This document shows positions 53,038-64,000 of a stretch of 64,000 bases of DNA, piece by piece. The stretch comes from Polyangiales bacterium. Lineage in GTDB: Bacteria; Myxococcota_A; Polyangia; Polyangiales; Ga0077539. Made by a program: the position numbers and the translations under genes. Position 1 is the stretch's first letter; each line of letters opens with the position of its first letter. The notes under the pieces are model-generated. The model saw only the letters and a list, made by a program, of their open reading frames with translations. It was not told where the DNA came from and made no database searches. The stretch is from assembly GCA_046351535.1 (NCBI GenBank), contig JAXLYG010000016.1, positions 128,670 through 192,669 of the forward strand. The letters are read 5' to 3'.

Positions 53038-54027
53038 ATGGAAGCCACCGACCTCGGGCTCCTGGTCTCGCTCGACGCGCTCCTCCAAGAGGGCAGCGTC
53101 ACGGGCGCGGCGCGCCGCGTAGGACTCTCGACCCCGGCGATGAGCCACGCGCTCGCGCGCATCCGAGAGCGCCTGGGAGATCCCATCCTCGTCCGCTCGG
53201 GGCGCGGCATGCTCCTGACGCCGCGCGCGACGGCCCTCAAGCCGCGGGTGCACGAAGCCGTCAGCGCCGCGAGGCGCGCGCTCGAGCCCGAGCGCCCCTT
53301 CGTCGCGCGCGAGCTCTCGCAGACCTTCGTCGTCCACGCGACCGACTACGTCCTCACGATCCTCGGCGGCGCCGTCGACCGCATCCTCCGCGAGGAGGCG
53401 CCGCTCGTGAGCCTGCGCTTCGTCCCCAACACGCTCGACGACGCCGCGGCGCTGCGCGACCAGGGGTCTGACCTGGCCGTGGGGATCTACGGCGACCTCC
53501 CGCAGGAGATGCGCAACCGTCAGCTCCTCACGGACCGCTTCGTCTGCGTGGTGCGCCAGGGTCACCCCGCCGCCGCGTCGAAGCGCTTCACCCTGGAGCA
53601 GTTCGTGAGCCTCGCGCACGTCCAGGTGGCGCCGCGAGGCCGCCCCGGCGGCTACCTCGACGACGTGCTCCGCGCGCGGGGGCTCTCGCGCCGCGTCGCG
53701 CGCGCCGTGCCCTACTTCGTCACGGCGCTCCAGCTCGTCGCCGAGACCGACTACGTGCTCACCATCTCCGAGCGCATCGCCCTGCGCTTCGCGAGCGCCC
53801 TCCCGCTCCACGTGATGGAGGTCCCCGTGAAGCTGCGCCCCTACGCGCTCAGCCTCGTGTGGCACCCGCGGCTCGACGGCGACGCGGGGCACCGCTTTCT
53901 GCGCGAGGTGTTCCTGCGCGCGTCGCGCGAGGCGGCGGCCGAGCGCCACGAGGCCCCGCGCACGCGCCTCGACACCAGCGACCCCACCTCAGGCCAGTCG
54001 CGGCGGCGCCCCCGGCGGAAAGCTTAG
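53038..54027 (+). CDS. LysR-family transcriptional regulator
   Basis: The HTH DLGLLVSLDALLQEGSVTGAARRVGLSTPAMSHALARIRERLGDPILVR plus a LysR substrate-binding domain. Start taken at ATG 53038 (MEATDL). Confidence 0.9.
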   Translation: MEATDLGLLVSLDALLQEGSVTGAARRVGLSTPAMSHALARIRERLGDPILVRSGRGMLLTPRATALKPRVHEAVSAARRALEPERPFVARELSQTFVVHATDYVLTILGGAVDRILREEAPLVSLRFVPNTLDDAAALRDQGSDLAVGIYGDLPQEMRNRQLLTDRFVCVVRQGHPAAASKRFTLEQFVSLAHVQVAPRGRPGGYLDDVLRARGLSRRVARAVPYFVTALQLVAETDYVLTISERIALRFASALPLHVMEVPVKLRPYALSLVWHPRLDGDAGHRFLREVFLRASREAAAERHEAPRTRLDTSDPTSGQSRRRPRRKA

Positions 54028-54042
54028 TTGCACGTCATGCAA
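54028..54042. promoter_or_regulatory. candidate LysR operator (TTGCAcgtcaTGCAA dyad) upstream of the DJ-1-family gene
   Basis: Perfect 5+5 dyad. The same half-site occurs as GTGCAA (53007-53012) and TTGCAC (53029-53034) just upstream of the LysR start. Confidence 0.4.
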
Positions 54043-54136
54043 CATTGACTTCGCTTCTGTTGCGTTGCCTGCATGACTCCCCGCTTCGATAGTTGCTCCC
54101 GAGAGGACCCGACGTCCTCGACGAGGAGCGAACGAC

Positions 54137-54907
54137 ATGAGCCTCAGAGACGCGAACCCGACGAACAAGAACAACCCCCGACGCGTCGCGATCGTCATCG
54201 CGAACCCCGCGACGTCGAGCACCACCGGCTGGCCCGTGGGCTTCTGGTGGTCCGAGCTGACGCATCCCTACTACGCCTTTCACGAAGCGGGCTACGGGGT
54301 CGAGGTCTTCAGCCCCGCGGGCGGCCGGTGCGAGGCCGACGGCATGAGCGACCCGCGCGACGCGAGCGGCTACTCCGCGTCGGATCTCATCAGCATGGGG
54401 TTCATCCACACCCCGAGCCTCGCGGCGCTCGTCGAGAAGACCCGTCCCGTCTCGGAGATCAGCCTCGCGCGCTTCGACGCGATCGTCGTCGCGGGCGGCC
54501 AGGCACCGATGTTCAGCTTCGAGGGCGCGACGGACCTGCACAAGAAGTTCGTGGAGTTCTACGAGGCGGGCAAGGTCGCCGCCGCGCTCTGCCACGGCGT
54601 CGCGCTGCTCCGGTACGCGCGGCTGTCGAACGGAGAGATTCTCGCGAAGGGCAAGACCGTGACGGGCTTCGCCAACGTCGAGGAGGACTTCGCCGACAAC
54701 GCGGTCTGGGGCATGGGCGCGCTGCCGAGGGACAAGCACCTCATGCCCTGGCGCATCGAAGACGAGCTCAAGCGCCTCGGCGCCAACTTCGTGCAGGGGG
54801 GCATGTGGCGCGGCTTCGCGGTGCGCGACGGCAACCTCATCACGGGCCAGCAGAACTTCTCCGGCGCCGAGACGGCGGCGCTGGTCATCGAAGCCCTCGG
54901 GCGCTGA
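54137..54907 (+). CDS. DJ-1/PfpI-family (type 1 glutamine amidotransferase-like) protein
   Basis: RVAIVIANP..., FDAIVVAGGQAP and the nucleophile elbow AALCHGVALL. Confidence 0.85.
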   Translation: MSLRDANPTNKNNPRRVAIVIANPATSSTTGWPVGFWWSELTHPYYAFHEAGYGVEVFSPAGGRCEADGMSDPRDASGYSASDLISMGFIHTPSLAALVEKTRPVSEISLARFDAIVVAGGQAPMFSFEGATDLHKKFVEFYEAGKVAAALCHGVALLRYARLSNGEILAKGKTVTGFANVEEDFADNAVWGMGALPRDKHLMPWRIEDELKRLGANFVQGGMWRGFAVRDGNLITGQQNFSGAETAALVIEALGR

Positions 54908-54923
54908 CGAGGGGACTCGACCC

Positions 54924-55820
54924 ATGCGCACGACGACACCGACGGGCGAGGCGCTCCACGGCGCCTGCCACTGCGGCAGCGTGAAGGTGACGATGCCCGG
55001 CGACAGCGTCGGCGTCGTCGCGTGCCACTGCGCCGACTGCCTGAAGCTGCACGGGAACTTCTTCGCCCTCCTCGCGGCGGAGCGCGCCGCGGTGCGCTGG
55101 GAGGGCGAGGAGCACATCACCTGGTATCGCTCGTCGCCCGCGAACGAGCGGAGTTTCTGCGCGCGCTGCGGCAGTCGACTCGCGAAGCGCCCCGTCGAGG
55201 GGACGCGGATCATGGTGTCCGCGGGGCTCTTCGACCGCGCGCTCCCGCGTGAGATCGTGAAGAACCTCTGGGTCGAGCAGAAGCCCGACTGGTACGAGGC
55301 TCCGCGCGTGGGCCCCATGACCCCCGAAGACTTCGTGGCGCTCGCGCTCGCCGCGCCGATCGAGTCGCAGACCGCGCAGTACGGCTACTCGCTCCGCGCG
55401 GCGTCGGGCAACCCGCGTCCGCCGGGGGTCATCGCGCTCACGTGGATCACGGCCAGCGACGCGAGCGAGCGCGCGCGCATCCGCGCGCACTCGCGCGACA
55501 ACGTGAAGGACTTTCTCGCCGAGCCGGGCTTCATCTCGATCGTGACGGGCTTCACCGGCCTTCGGGGCTTCACGGTCACCGCGTGGGACGACGAGGCCGC
55601 GATGAAGCGCGCGCTCTCGAAGCACCACGCCGTCGCGATGAAGGAGCTCTTCAGCGAGCGCTTCGTCGCGTCGGTGTGGACCAGCGTGTGGACGCCCACG
55701 CGCGTCAACCGCATCTGGGTCCGCTGCCCGTCGTGCGGCTCCCTCGAGGACGTCAATGACGACCACAGGGCCTGCGGCAAGTGCCACGCGCCGCTCCCCG
55801 AGCGCCCGGCCTTCTGGTGA
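54924..55820 (+). CDS. GFA (CENP-V/glutathione-dependent formaldehyde-activating) domain fused to an ABM-like domain and a C-terminal zinc ribbon
   Basis: GFA Cys pattern: GACHCGSVKV...VACHCADCLKLHG...SFCARCGSRL. C-terminal ABM-like region: TAWDDEAAMKRALSKHHAVAMKELF. Ends with CPSCGS...CGKCH. Confidence 0.7.
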   Translation: MRTTTPTGEALHGACHCGSVKVTMPGDSVGVVACHCADCLKLHGNFFALLAAERAAVRWEGEEHITWYRSSPANERSFCARCGSRLAKRPVEGTRIMVSAGLFDRALPREIVKNLWVEQKPDWYEAPRVGPMTPEDFVALALAAPIESQTAQYGYSLRAASGNPRPPGVIALTWITASDASERARIRAHSRDNVKDFLAEPGFISIVTGFTGLRGFTVTAWDDEAAMKRALSKHHAVAMKELFSERFVASVWTSVWTPTRVNRIWVRCPSCGSLEDVNDDHRACGKCHAPLPERPAFW

Positions 55821-55823
55821 CCC

Positions 55824-56405
55824 ATGTCGAGCGCGCCCACGTCCGGTCCTGACAAAGAGCCCGTCACGGTCGTCGTCACGCGGCGCGTGCGCGCCGGCTC
55901 GGAGGCCGCCTACGAGGCCTGGCTCGCGCGCCTGACCGAGGGCGCAAAGGGGTTGCCGGGGTATCTCGGCGCCAGGGTGCAGCGCCCGGGTGCGGGAGAG
56001 CCTCCCGTCTACACGAGCATCTTCCGCTTCGACAGCGTGGAGCGCCTGCGGGACTTCGAGGTCAGCGAGCTGCGCCGGCGGGCGCTCGCGGAGGTGGCCG
56101 ACCTCGTCGAGGCAGACGCCGTGTGGAGCCGCCTCACGGGCCTCGAGCTGTGGTTCACGCCGCCGGCAGGGACCGTCGTCCCGCAGCCGTCGCGGCTGCG
56201 CATGGCGCTCGTGATGATCGCCGTGGTCTACGGGCTCGTGCTGTCGCTCGGGCAGCTCGTCGGGCTGGTGTTGGCCGGGGCACCGGCTCCGCTTCGGCTG
56301 CTCGTCACCATCATCATCGAGGTGTTCTTGATGACCTACGTGCTCATGCCTCGGCTCACGCGGTGGCTGGCCCGCTGGATCTACCCGAGGAACGAGGTCA
56401 CATGA
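55824..56405 (+). CDS. ABM (antibiotic biosynthesis monooxygenase-like) domain protein with a C-terminal membrane anchor
   Basis: VTVVVTRRVRAGSEAAYEAWLARL...YTSIFRFDSVERLRDFEVSE, then two TM helices (MALVMIAVVYGLVLSLGQLVGLVLA; LLVTIIIEVFLMTYVLM). Confidence 0.65.
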   Translation: MSSAPTSGPDKEPVTVVVTRRVRAGSEAAYEAWLARLTEGAKGLPGYLGARVQRPGAGEPPVYTSIFRFDSVERLRDFEVSELRRRALAEVADLVEADAVWSRLTGLELWFTPPAGTVVPQPSRLRMALVMIAVVYGLVLSLGQLVGLVLAGAPAPLRLLVTIIIEVFLMTYVLMPRLTRWLARWIYPRNEVT

Positions 56406-56491
56406 AGCCCGCGTTCGTCGGCGCCGGCCTCGCGCGCGCCTGGCGCCTCGGCACGCGGCGCATCGCCTTCAACATCGTGCGGAGGTAACGC

Positions 56492-57328
56492 GTGCCTGCA
56501 ACCGTCGCCCAGATCGAGCGAGATGTGATGCTGCGCGGAGGGGTTCGCCTTCCGCGGATCGGCCTCGGGGTGTTTCGCGCTCCGCGAGGCGAGGCGACGC
56601 GCAGCGCCGTCGCAGAGGCCCTTCGGCTCGGCTACCGCCACGTCGACACCGCGCGGGTGTACGGGAACGAGCACGACGTCGGAGCCGCGATTCGGGAGAG
56701 CGACGTCCCTCGCGATGAGGTCTTCGTCACGACCAAGCTCTGGAACGACGACCAGGGCTACGACGCGGCGCTGAGGGCGTTCGACGGCGCGCTCGCGCGG
56801 CTCGGGCTCACCCACGTCGATCTCTTCCTCTTGCATTGGCCGGTTCCCGGGAAGCGCCTCGACGCATGGCGCGCCCTCGAGCGGATCCGCGGCGAAGGAC
56901 GCGCGCGCGCCATCGGCGTCAGCAACTTCATGGTTCATCACCTCGAGGAGCTCCTCGCGCACGCGCACGAGCCCCCGAGCGTCAACCAGATCGAGGTGAG
57001 CCCGTTCCTGCAGCAGGAGGACGTGCGTTCGCACTGCGCGCGTCACGGCATCGTGGTCGAAGCGTACAGCCCGCTCACCAAGGGGACCCGGCTCTCGCAC
57101 CCCGTCGTGGCGCGCATCGCGGCGTCTACGGGCCACACGCCTGCGCAGGTTCTGCTTCGCTGGGGGCTCCAGCGCGACCTGGTCGTGCTCCCGAAGTCGA
57201 CGAATCCGGCGCGCCTCGCGGAGAACCTCGCGGCGCTGGACCTCGCGCTCGATGCTGCAGACATGGCCGCGCTCGACGGACTCGAAGAAGGGCTCGTGAC
57301 GGGCTGGAACCCGCGCGTCGCGCCCTGA
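56492..57328 (+). CDS. aldo/keto reductase (DkgA-like)
   Basis: LGYRHVDTARVYGNE, LWNDD, VDLFLLHWP, IGVSNF, LPKS. GTG start with GGAGG 6 nt upstream. Confidence 0.9.
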   Translation: MPATVAQIERDVMLRGGVRLPRIGLGVFRAPRGEATRSAVAEALRLGYRHVDTARVYGNEHDVGAAIRESDVPRDEVFVTTKLWNDDQGYDAALRAFDGALARLGLTHVDLFLLHWPVPGKRLDAWRALERIRGEGRARAIGVSNFMVHHLEELLAHAHEPPSVNQIEVSPFLQQEDVRSHCARHGIVVEAYSPLTKGTRLSHPVVARIAASTGHTPAQVLLRWGLQRDLVVLPKSTNPARLAENLAALDLALDAADMAALDGLEEGLVTGWNPRVAP

Positions 57329-57425
57329 GGGGCTCAGCGCTGCGGGTGGGCGCGGGTGCGGGGAGAGCCGCAAAGCGCGGCAGGGGAGGGCCGCGGCGCA
57401 ACCCTGTTGGCCCTCGGAGCGGACC

Positions 57426-57671
57426 TCAGCGCCGGAGCGCACCGAAGCGCGCGACCGCGTTGGCGACGCCGTCCTCCGCGCGCACCTTCTCGCCGAGCGC
57501 GCGCGCCCTCGCGGCCATCGCGTCGTCCGTCACCGTGCTTCGAAGCGCCGCTGCGAGGTCTGACGGCGCGACCGCGCGGACCTCGTGCCCCGCGGCCTTC
57601 AGACCGAGCGAGAGCGCGACGTAGGGCTGAATCCCTCCGCGCGTGTCCATCGCGACCACGGTGATCTTCAT
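57426..57671 (-). pseudogene. remnant of a GT1/GT28-type (MGT/sterol-glucosyltransferase-like) glycosyltransferase with an in-frame internal deletion
   Basis: 81 codons. MKITVVAMDTRGGIQPYVALSLGLKAAGHEVRAVAP matches the N-terminal start of this family. ...DDAMAARARALGEKVRAEDGVANAVARFGAL matches its extreme C-terminus. The ~330 residues normally in between are absent. Confidence 0.6.
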
Positions 57672-57719
57672 CTCAGCGCCTCCGCAACGCCCGAGGGCTC
57701 CGCGTGCCTTCCCGATCGA

Positions 57720-58535
57720 CTACCAGACCACCTCGTCGCCGTCGCGGGCCACGCGGAACGCGCCCTCGTAGCCGCTCGCGCGCGCGTCGTCGCACATCGC
57801 CTCGGCGCCGTCGTGGCCGCTGTAGTGCGTGAGCCAGAGCGCCCGCGCGCCCGCCTCCCGCGCGACCGCGCCCGCCTGCTTCGGGTTGCAGTGCCCGTAG
57901 CGCGCCGTGAGGTCGACGCCCACGCGCGACGCGGCCTCGCACACGAACACGTCGGCCCCCGTCGCAGCCCGCACGAGGCCGTCACACGGCGCGGCGTCGC
58001 CCGAATACGCGAAGACCTTCCCGTGCGCCTCGACGCGAAAGGCCACCGCGGGAGAGCGCCCGTGCGCGACCTTCCACGCGCGCAGCACCACGCCGGGGAG
58101 CACCTCGCGCGACCACCCGTCGTGCGTCGCCGCGACGCGCAAGCCCACGCGTGAGGAGGGAGCGCCGCCGTCCTCGGGCTGATGCCACGACCAGAGCGAC
58201 GACAGCGTCGCGGCCGGGAGCGGCGGGAGGTACACCGTCAACGACTTCGCGCGGGGCCCCTCACCGAAGATGGCTTCGCACGCGCGCGACTGCACGAACT
58301 GAGGGAGCGCGGCGTGGTCGGGGTGCGGGTGCGACACGGCGACGTGGGCGATCGCGTGGGGGTCGATGCCCTTGTCCGAGAGCCTCCATCGCGCGCCCTC
58401 GCTGCATTCGAAGAGCAGCCACGCGGGGGCGTCACCCGAAGGCCCCACGTCGAGCGCGAAGAGCGGCGGCATGCGCGCGCGCTGACCGGGAGGCGCGTTG
58501 AGGCACGTCCCCGTTCCGAGCGCGACGAGCTTCAC
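57720..58535 (-). CDS. MBL-fold metallo-hydrolase
   Basis: HVAVSHPHPDHAALPQF (HxHxDH) plus downstream His/Asp ligands. The GTG start overlaps the upstream stop (GTGA). Confidence 0.85.
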   Translation of the reverse strand: MKLVALGTGTCLNAPPGQRARMPPLFALDVGPSGDAPAWLLFECSEGARWRLSDKGIDPHAIAHVAVSHPHPDHAALPQFVQSRACEAIFGEGPRAKSLTVYLPPLPAATLSSLWSWHQPEDGGAPSSRVGLRVAATHDGWSREVLPGVVLRAWKVAHGRSPAVAFRVEAHGKVFAYSGDAAPCDGLVRAATGADVFVCEAASRVGVDLTARYGHCNPKQAGAVAREAGARALWLTHYSGHDGAEAMCDDARASGYEGAFRVARDGDEVVW

Positions 58536-59710
58536 AGGTCGTCACCCGCGGGGTCCGCGAGACCCAGAGAGATCGCGCGTACGCGCTCCGCGGCGCGCTC
58601 CCACGAGAAGCTCCGCGCCCACGCGCGGCCCTGCGCGCCGAGGGTCTTTCGCCGCTCGGGGTCGCGCAGGAGCGAGTCGATGGCGCCGGTCACGTCGTCG
58701 ACCGAGGTCCCGTCGACGAGCAGCCCGCTCACGCCCTCGGAGACCGCGTCGGGCACGCCGCCGGAGCGTCCGCCGATGACCGCCACGCCCGCCGCGCTCG
58801 CTTCGAGAAAGACCATCCCGAAGCCCTCGACGTCGTCGTCGTCGAGCGTGCGGTTGGGCATCACGAAGAGGTCCGCGCAGGCGTAGTAGGGCCCGAGCTC
58901 GTCGCGCCGCACGGGCCCCACCCAGCGCACCACGTCGTCGAGTCCGAACGCGGAGCACTGCTCCTTGAGGTCGGTCTCGATCTCGCCGTCGGAGAGCACG
59001 AGCCACGCGACGTCGCCGAGCGCGCCCTTCTCGCGCAAGCGGGCCAGCGCGCGGAGCACCATGTCGTGACCCTTGCGACGCGTGAGGCGCCCCACCGTGA
59101 GGAGCACCGTGCGGCCCTGGAGGTTCCACCGCTCGACGAGCGCGCGCGTGTCGAAGGGGCCCGCGAAGGCGTCGGCGTCGACGGCGGGGTTGACCACGTA
59201 GGTGTGCTCCACGGGCGCGCCCGCGATGGTCGCGCGGCCGAGCGTGAACGACGAGTTCGCGAAGACCGCGCGCGCGCCGTTGAACACCCTCGGCATGAGG
59301 CGCTTCTTCACCGCGTAGCGCATGTAGATCGACACCTCCTCGCCGTGGACCCACACGGTGTACGGGGTGCCGAGCGCGCGGTGCACGGCCATCGCCACGA
59401 GGCCCTCGGGGATCACCCGCGCGCAGTGCAGCACCTCGATGCGCTCCCTCGCGCAGACGTGGAGCGTGTGCGCGAGCATGCTGGCGTACTCGACCGCGGA
59501 CTCGGGCTTGAGCCACGCGTAGCGGTTCGCGTTGAAGCGCGTGACGGGCCGCGGATACGCGGCGTCGAGGGCGCGCTGACCGGGCCCGCTCCCCGCGATG
59601 ACGTGCAGGTGATCGCCCGCCGGGAGGTGCCGCGCGTAGAGCGCGTCGAAGAGCTGAATCGAGCCGCCGATGCCCGGGAACCACTGCTCCGTGAGAAGTG
59701 CGTGGCGCAT
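58532..59710 (-). CDS. glycosyltransferase family 4 (GT-B, GT1-type) protein
   Basis: N-terminal FPGIGGSIQLFDALYARH. C-terminal EGFGMVFLEASAAGVAVIGGRSGGVPDAV (E-x7-E region). Confidence 0.85.
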   Translation of the reverse strand: MRHALLTEQWFPGIGGSIQLFDALYARHLPAGDHLHVIAGSGPGQRALDAAYPRPVTRFNANRYAWLKPESAVEYASMLAHTLHVCARERIEVLHCARVIPEGLVAMAVHRALGTPYTVWVHGEEVSIYMRYAVKKRLMPRVFNGARAVFANSSFTLGRATIAGAPVEHTYVVNPAVDADAFAGPFDTRALVERWNLQGRTVLLTVGRLTRRKGHDMVLRALARLREKGALGDVAWLVLSDGEIETDLKEQCSAFGLDDVVRWVGPVRRDELGPYYACADLFVMPNRTLDDDDVEGFGMVFLEASAAGVAVIGGRSGGVPDAVSEGVSGLLVDGTSVDDVTGAIDSLLRDPERRKTLGAQGRAWARSFSWERAAERVRAISLGLADPAGDDL

Positions 59711-59737
59711 GAGCGCGGGTTATACAGCACCGCCCCG

Positions 59738-60736
59738 ATGAGAACCGAAGTGATCCGCGTCGACCCCCTGCGCCCCGCGCCGAGCGCGATCGCGCGCGCC
59801 GCCGAGGTGCTCGCCCGCGGAGGGCTCGTCGTGTTCCCCACCGAGACGGTCTACGGCCTCGGCGCGCTCGCCGACGACGCCACCGCCGCCGCGCGGATCT
59901 TCGAGGCCAAGGGGCGCCCCGCGTACAACCCCCTCATCGTCCACGTCGCCGACGTCGACGGCGCCCGCGCGCTCGCGTCGTCGTGGCCCGAGTCGGCCGG
60001 GCGACTCACGCGCCGCTGCTGGCCGGGTCCGCTCACCGTCGTCGTCCCGCGCGACCGCGCGAAGGTCCCCGACGTCATCACCGCGGGAGGCCCCACCGTC
60101 GCGATCAGGATGCCCGCGCACCCCGTCGCGCTCGCCATCCTCCGCGCCCTCAAGAGACCCGTCGCGGCGCCGAGCGCGAACCGCTTTCAACAGCTCTCGC
60201 CCACCACCGCGGCGCACGCGCTCAAGGGCCTCGACGGGCGCGTCGACCTCGTGCTCGACGCGGGCCCCTGCGACCACGGCATCGAGTCGACCGTCGTCGA
60301 TTGCTCGGGCGACGCGCCCACGGTGCTCCGCCACGGCGCGCTGCCGCTCGCGGTCCTGCGCGAGGTCGCGCCCGACCTGCGCGTCCGCGACGAGCGCGCC
60401 GACGAGCCCGCCGAGGCCCTCCCCTCGCCGGGGATGATCCGCAAGCACTACGCCCCGCGCGCGAGGCTCGTCGTGGCGCGCCCCGACGCCGTCGACGACG
60501 CGCTGCGAGAGCTCGGCGACCGCGTCGGCCTCGTCACCGCGCGCCCCCGCGCGCACAGCCCCGAACCGGCAGCGGTGTGCGCGCTCCCCGACGACGCCGC
60601 GGGCTACGGGGCAGGGCTCTACGCGGCGCTCCACCACCTCGACGACGCGGGCTGCGCGGCCATCGTGGTCGAGGCGGTGCCCGACGACGAGGCGTGGTCC
60701 GCGGTGCGCGATCGGCTCTCTCGCGCGGAGGCCTGA
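59738..60736 (+). CDS. tsaC: L-threonylcarbamoyladenylate synthase (Sua5/YwlC type)
   Basis: GGLVVFPTETVYGLGA, KGRPAYNPLIVHV, SANRFQQLSPT, plus a C-terminal Sua5 domain. ATG 59738 lies within the longer listed ORF. Confidence 0.9.
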   Translation: MRTEVIRVDPLRPAPSAIARAAEVLARGGLVVFPTETVYGLGALADDATAAARIFEAKGRPAYNPLIVHVADVDGARALASSWPESAGRLTRRCWPGPLTVVVPRDRAKVPDVITAGGPTVAIRMPAHPVALAILRALKRPVAAPSANRFQQLSPTTAAHALKGLDGRVDLVLDAGPCDHGIESTVVDCSGDAPTVLRHGALPLAVLREVAPDLRVRDERADEPAEALPSPGMIRKHYAPRARLVVARPDAVDDALRELGDRVGLVTARPRAHSPEPAAVCALPDDAAGYGAGLYAALHHLDDAGCAAIVVEAVPDDEAWSAVRDRLSRAEA

Positions 60737-60770
60737 CCGCACCGGCACAGCGCGTGCGACGGTCGCCCCG

Positions 60771-63023
<2,253 letters not shown>

Positions 63024-63073
63024 CCGCGGGAGCGTTCACGGGGCCGCGCAACCGTGCTACGTCTCGGCGCGAG

Positions 63074-63421
63074 ATGCGCTCGCTCGCCGTCGTGGTGCTG
63101 CTGTTGGCCTCGTCGTTCGGGTGCGCCGCGTCGCGCCCGCAGCTCTCGCCCGCGGGGCCGCCCGTGTCGACCGAGGCGCCCGTGATCGTGTACGGCGCCC
63201 GCTGGTGCCAGCACACGCGCGCGGCGCTCGACTACCTGCGCGGGCGCAGCATCCCGGTGCGCTTCCGCGACGTCGAGCAGGACCCCGACGCGTGGGACGA
63301 GATGATGAGCCGCGCGCGCGCCGCGCACGTCGAAGCGCGCGGGATTCCGGTCCTCTCGGTGCGCGACCGCGTGCTCGTCGGGTATCACCAGGACGAGGTC
63401 GATCGCGCCCTTCAGGACTGA
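63074..63421 (+). CDS. glutaredoxin/thioredoxin-fold lipoprotein with a CxxT motif
   Basis: Lipobox MRSLAVVVLLLASSFGC. VIVYGARWCQHTRAALDYL...GIPVLSV... is a glutaredoxin-like layout with a single active-site Cys. Confidence 0.65.
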   Translation: MRSLAVVVLLLASSFGCAASRPQLSPAGPPVSTEAPVIVYGARWCQHTRAALDYLRGRSIPVRFRDVEQDPDAWDEMMSRARAAHVEARGIPVLSVRDRVLVGYHQDEVDRALQD

Positions 63422-63443
63422 GCGCGGGGCCCGGCGCGACCGC

Positions 63444-64000
63444 TCAGGACGAGCAGTTGGTGAAGACGAACTCCCCGAGGTCGGGGTTCGAAGCCGCGAC
63501 GCCGCCGCGGATGATGCGGACGCGCGGGGGCGTGCTGTCGTCGTTGACCATGGGGCACGCGATGGTGCCGCTGAAGCCGCCCGACGCGATGCGCGTGATG
63601 ACGACGTGGCACTGACCCGTGGCGCCGAGGGTGGCGCGCGAGACGCTCCACCCGAGGCCGCGGATGCTGGCGTACGCGTCGGAGCCGTTGGAGCGAAGCT
63701 CCTGGCCGATGGCGGGGAGCCACCCGGCGACGGAGAGGCCCTCGCTCGACTCGTCGAAGTTGCCGCCGGGCGAGATCGTCGCGATGCGGAAGAAGATGTT
63801 GTACCCGCCGCTGGCCCCCGAGATCGAGCAGTCGACGTCGACGACGGGCGAGCCCGCGGCGCCGCGGGGAGAGTGAACGCCGGGCGAGCCGCAGGGCTGC
63901 GCGGGCGGACACGTGTCGCCCCACGAGGCCTGCCCCGTGAGCGGCAGCGGGTCGTCGCCGCAGCCCACCGCGCACACCGTGAAGACAGCCAACCAACGCA
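63444..64000 (-). CDS. hypothetical Cys-containing lipoprotein, N-terminus at or beyond the right window edge
   Basis: The frame is open to nt 64000. (RW)LAVFTVCAVGCGDD looks like the end of a lipoprotein signal peptide. No domain recognised. Confidence 0.5.
   Translation of the reverse strand, partial: RWLAVFTVCAVGCGDDPLPLTGQASWGDTCPPAQPCGSPGVHSPRGAAGSPVVDVDCSISGASGGYNIFFRIATISPGGNFDESSEGLSVAGWLPAIGQELRSNGSDAYASIRGLGWSVSRATLGATGQCHVVITRIASGGFSGTIACPMVNDDSTPPRVRIIRGGVAASNPDLGEFVFTNCSS

Noticed and set aside
52588-53949. 453-aa minus-strand ORF covering the LysR gene
   Set aside because: It is antisense to a clear LysR regulator. Only its last 44 codons (52588-52722, the sheath stub) look like real coding sequence.

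Overview
This is a high-GC (~70%) chromosomal segment. Its gene content looks myxobacterial (an inference): four Hanks-type kinase genes, PEGA, FG-GAP and Cys-rich lipoproteins, and many GC-driven shadow ORFs. I support about 50 genes. The left end (about 640-5457) is an orphan T6SS cargo island made of vgrG, a DUF1795/Eag chaperone, a prePAAR/PAAR effector and an immunity gene. It lies on a low-GC (42-50%) cassette, and both the effector and the immunity frames are visibly broken. A kinase-like gene lacking all catalytic residues lies divergent from it. The candidate I rate highest as an undescribed system is at 9329-14007. An active Ser/Thr kinase with a periplasmic PEGA domain is translationally coupled (ATGA overlap) to an outer-membrane TPR + 3xPEGA + TonB-dependent receptor, next to bfd-bfr. 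This could be a kinase-based analogue of TonB-dependent cell-surface signalling. Other notable signals:
- A ~1.29 kb nested imperfect palindrome fills the gap between two convergent genes (29766-31050) and contains a perfect 73-nt inverted repeat.
- A 44-codon stub of a contractile-tail sheath gene sits beside tRNA-Asn.
- An 81-codon glycosyltransferase remnant has an in-frame internal deletion.
- A flavin-dependent halogenase-like gene is coupled to a secreted protein.
- An orphan, motif-permuted amino-methyltransferase lies next to HU.
- A LysR-linked electrophile-detoxification operon shares TTGCAC operator half-sites.

Housekeeping genes present are uvrB, an RluA-family synthase, an asparaginase-II-like gene, nagZ, tsaC/sua5, bfr/bfd, an S1-domain protein and tRNA-Asn. 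No transposase, integrase, CRISPR array or rRNA was seen. All calls rest on reading motifs by eye; no searches were run.
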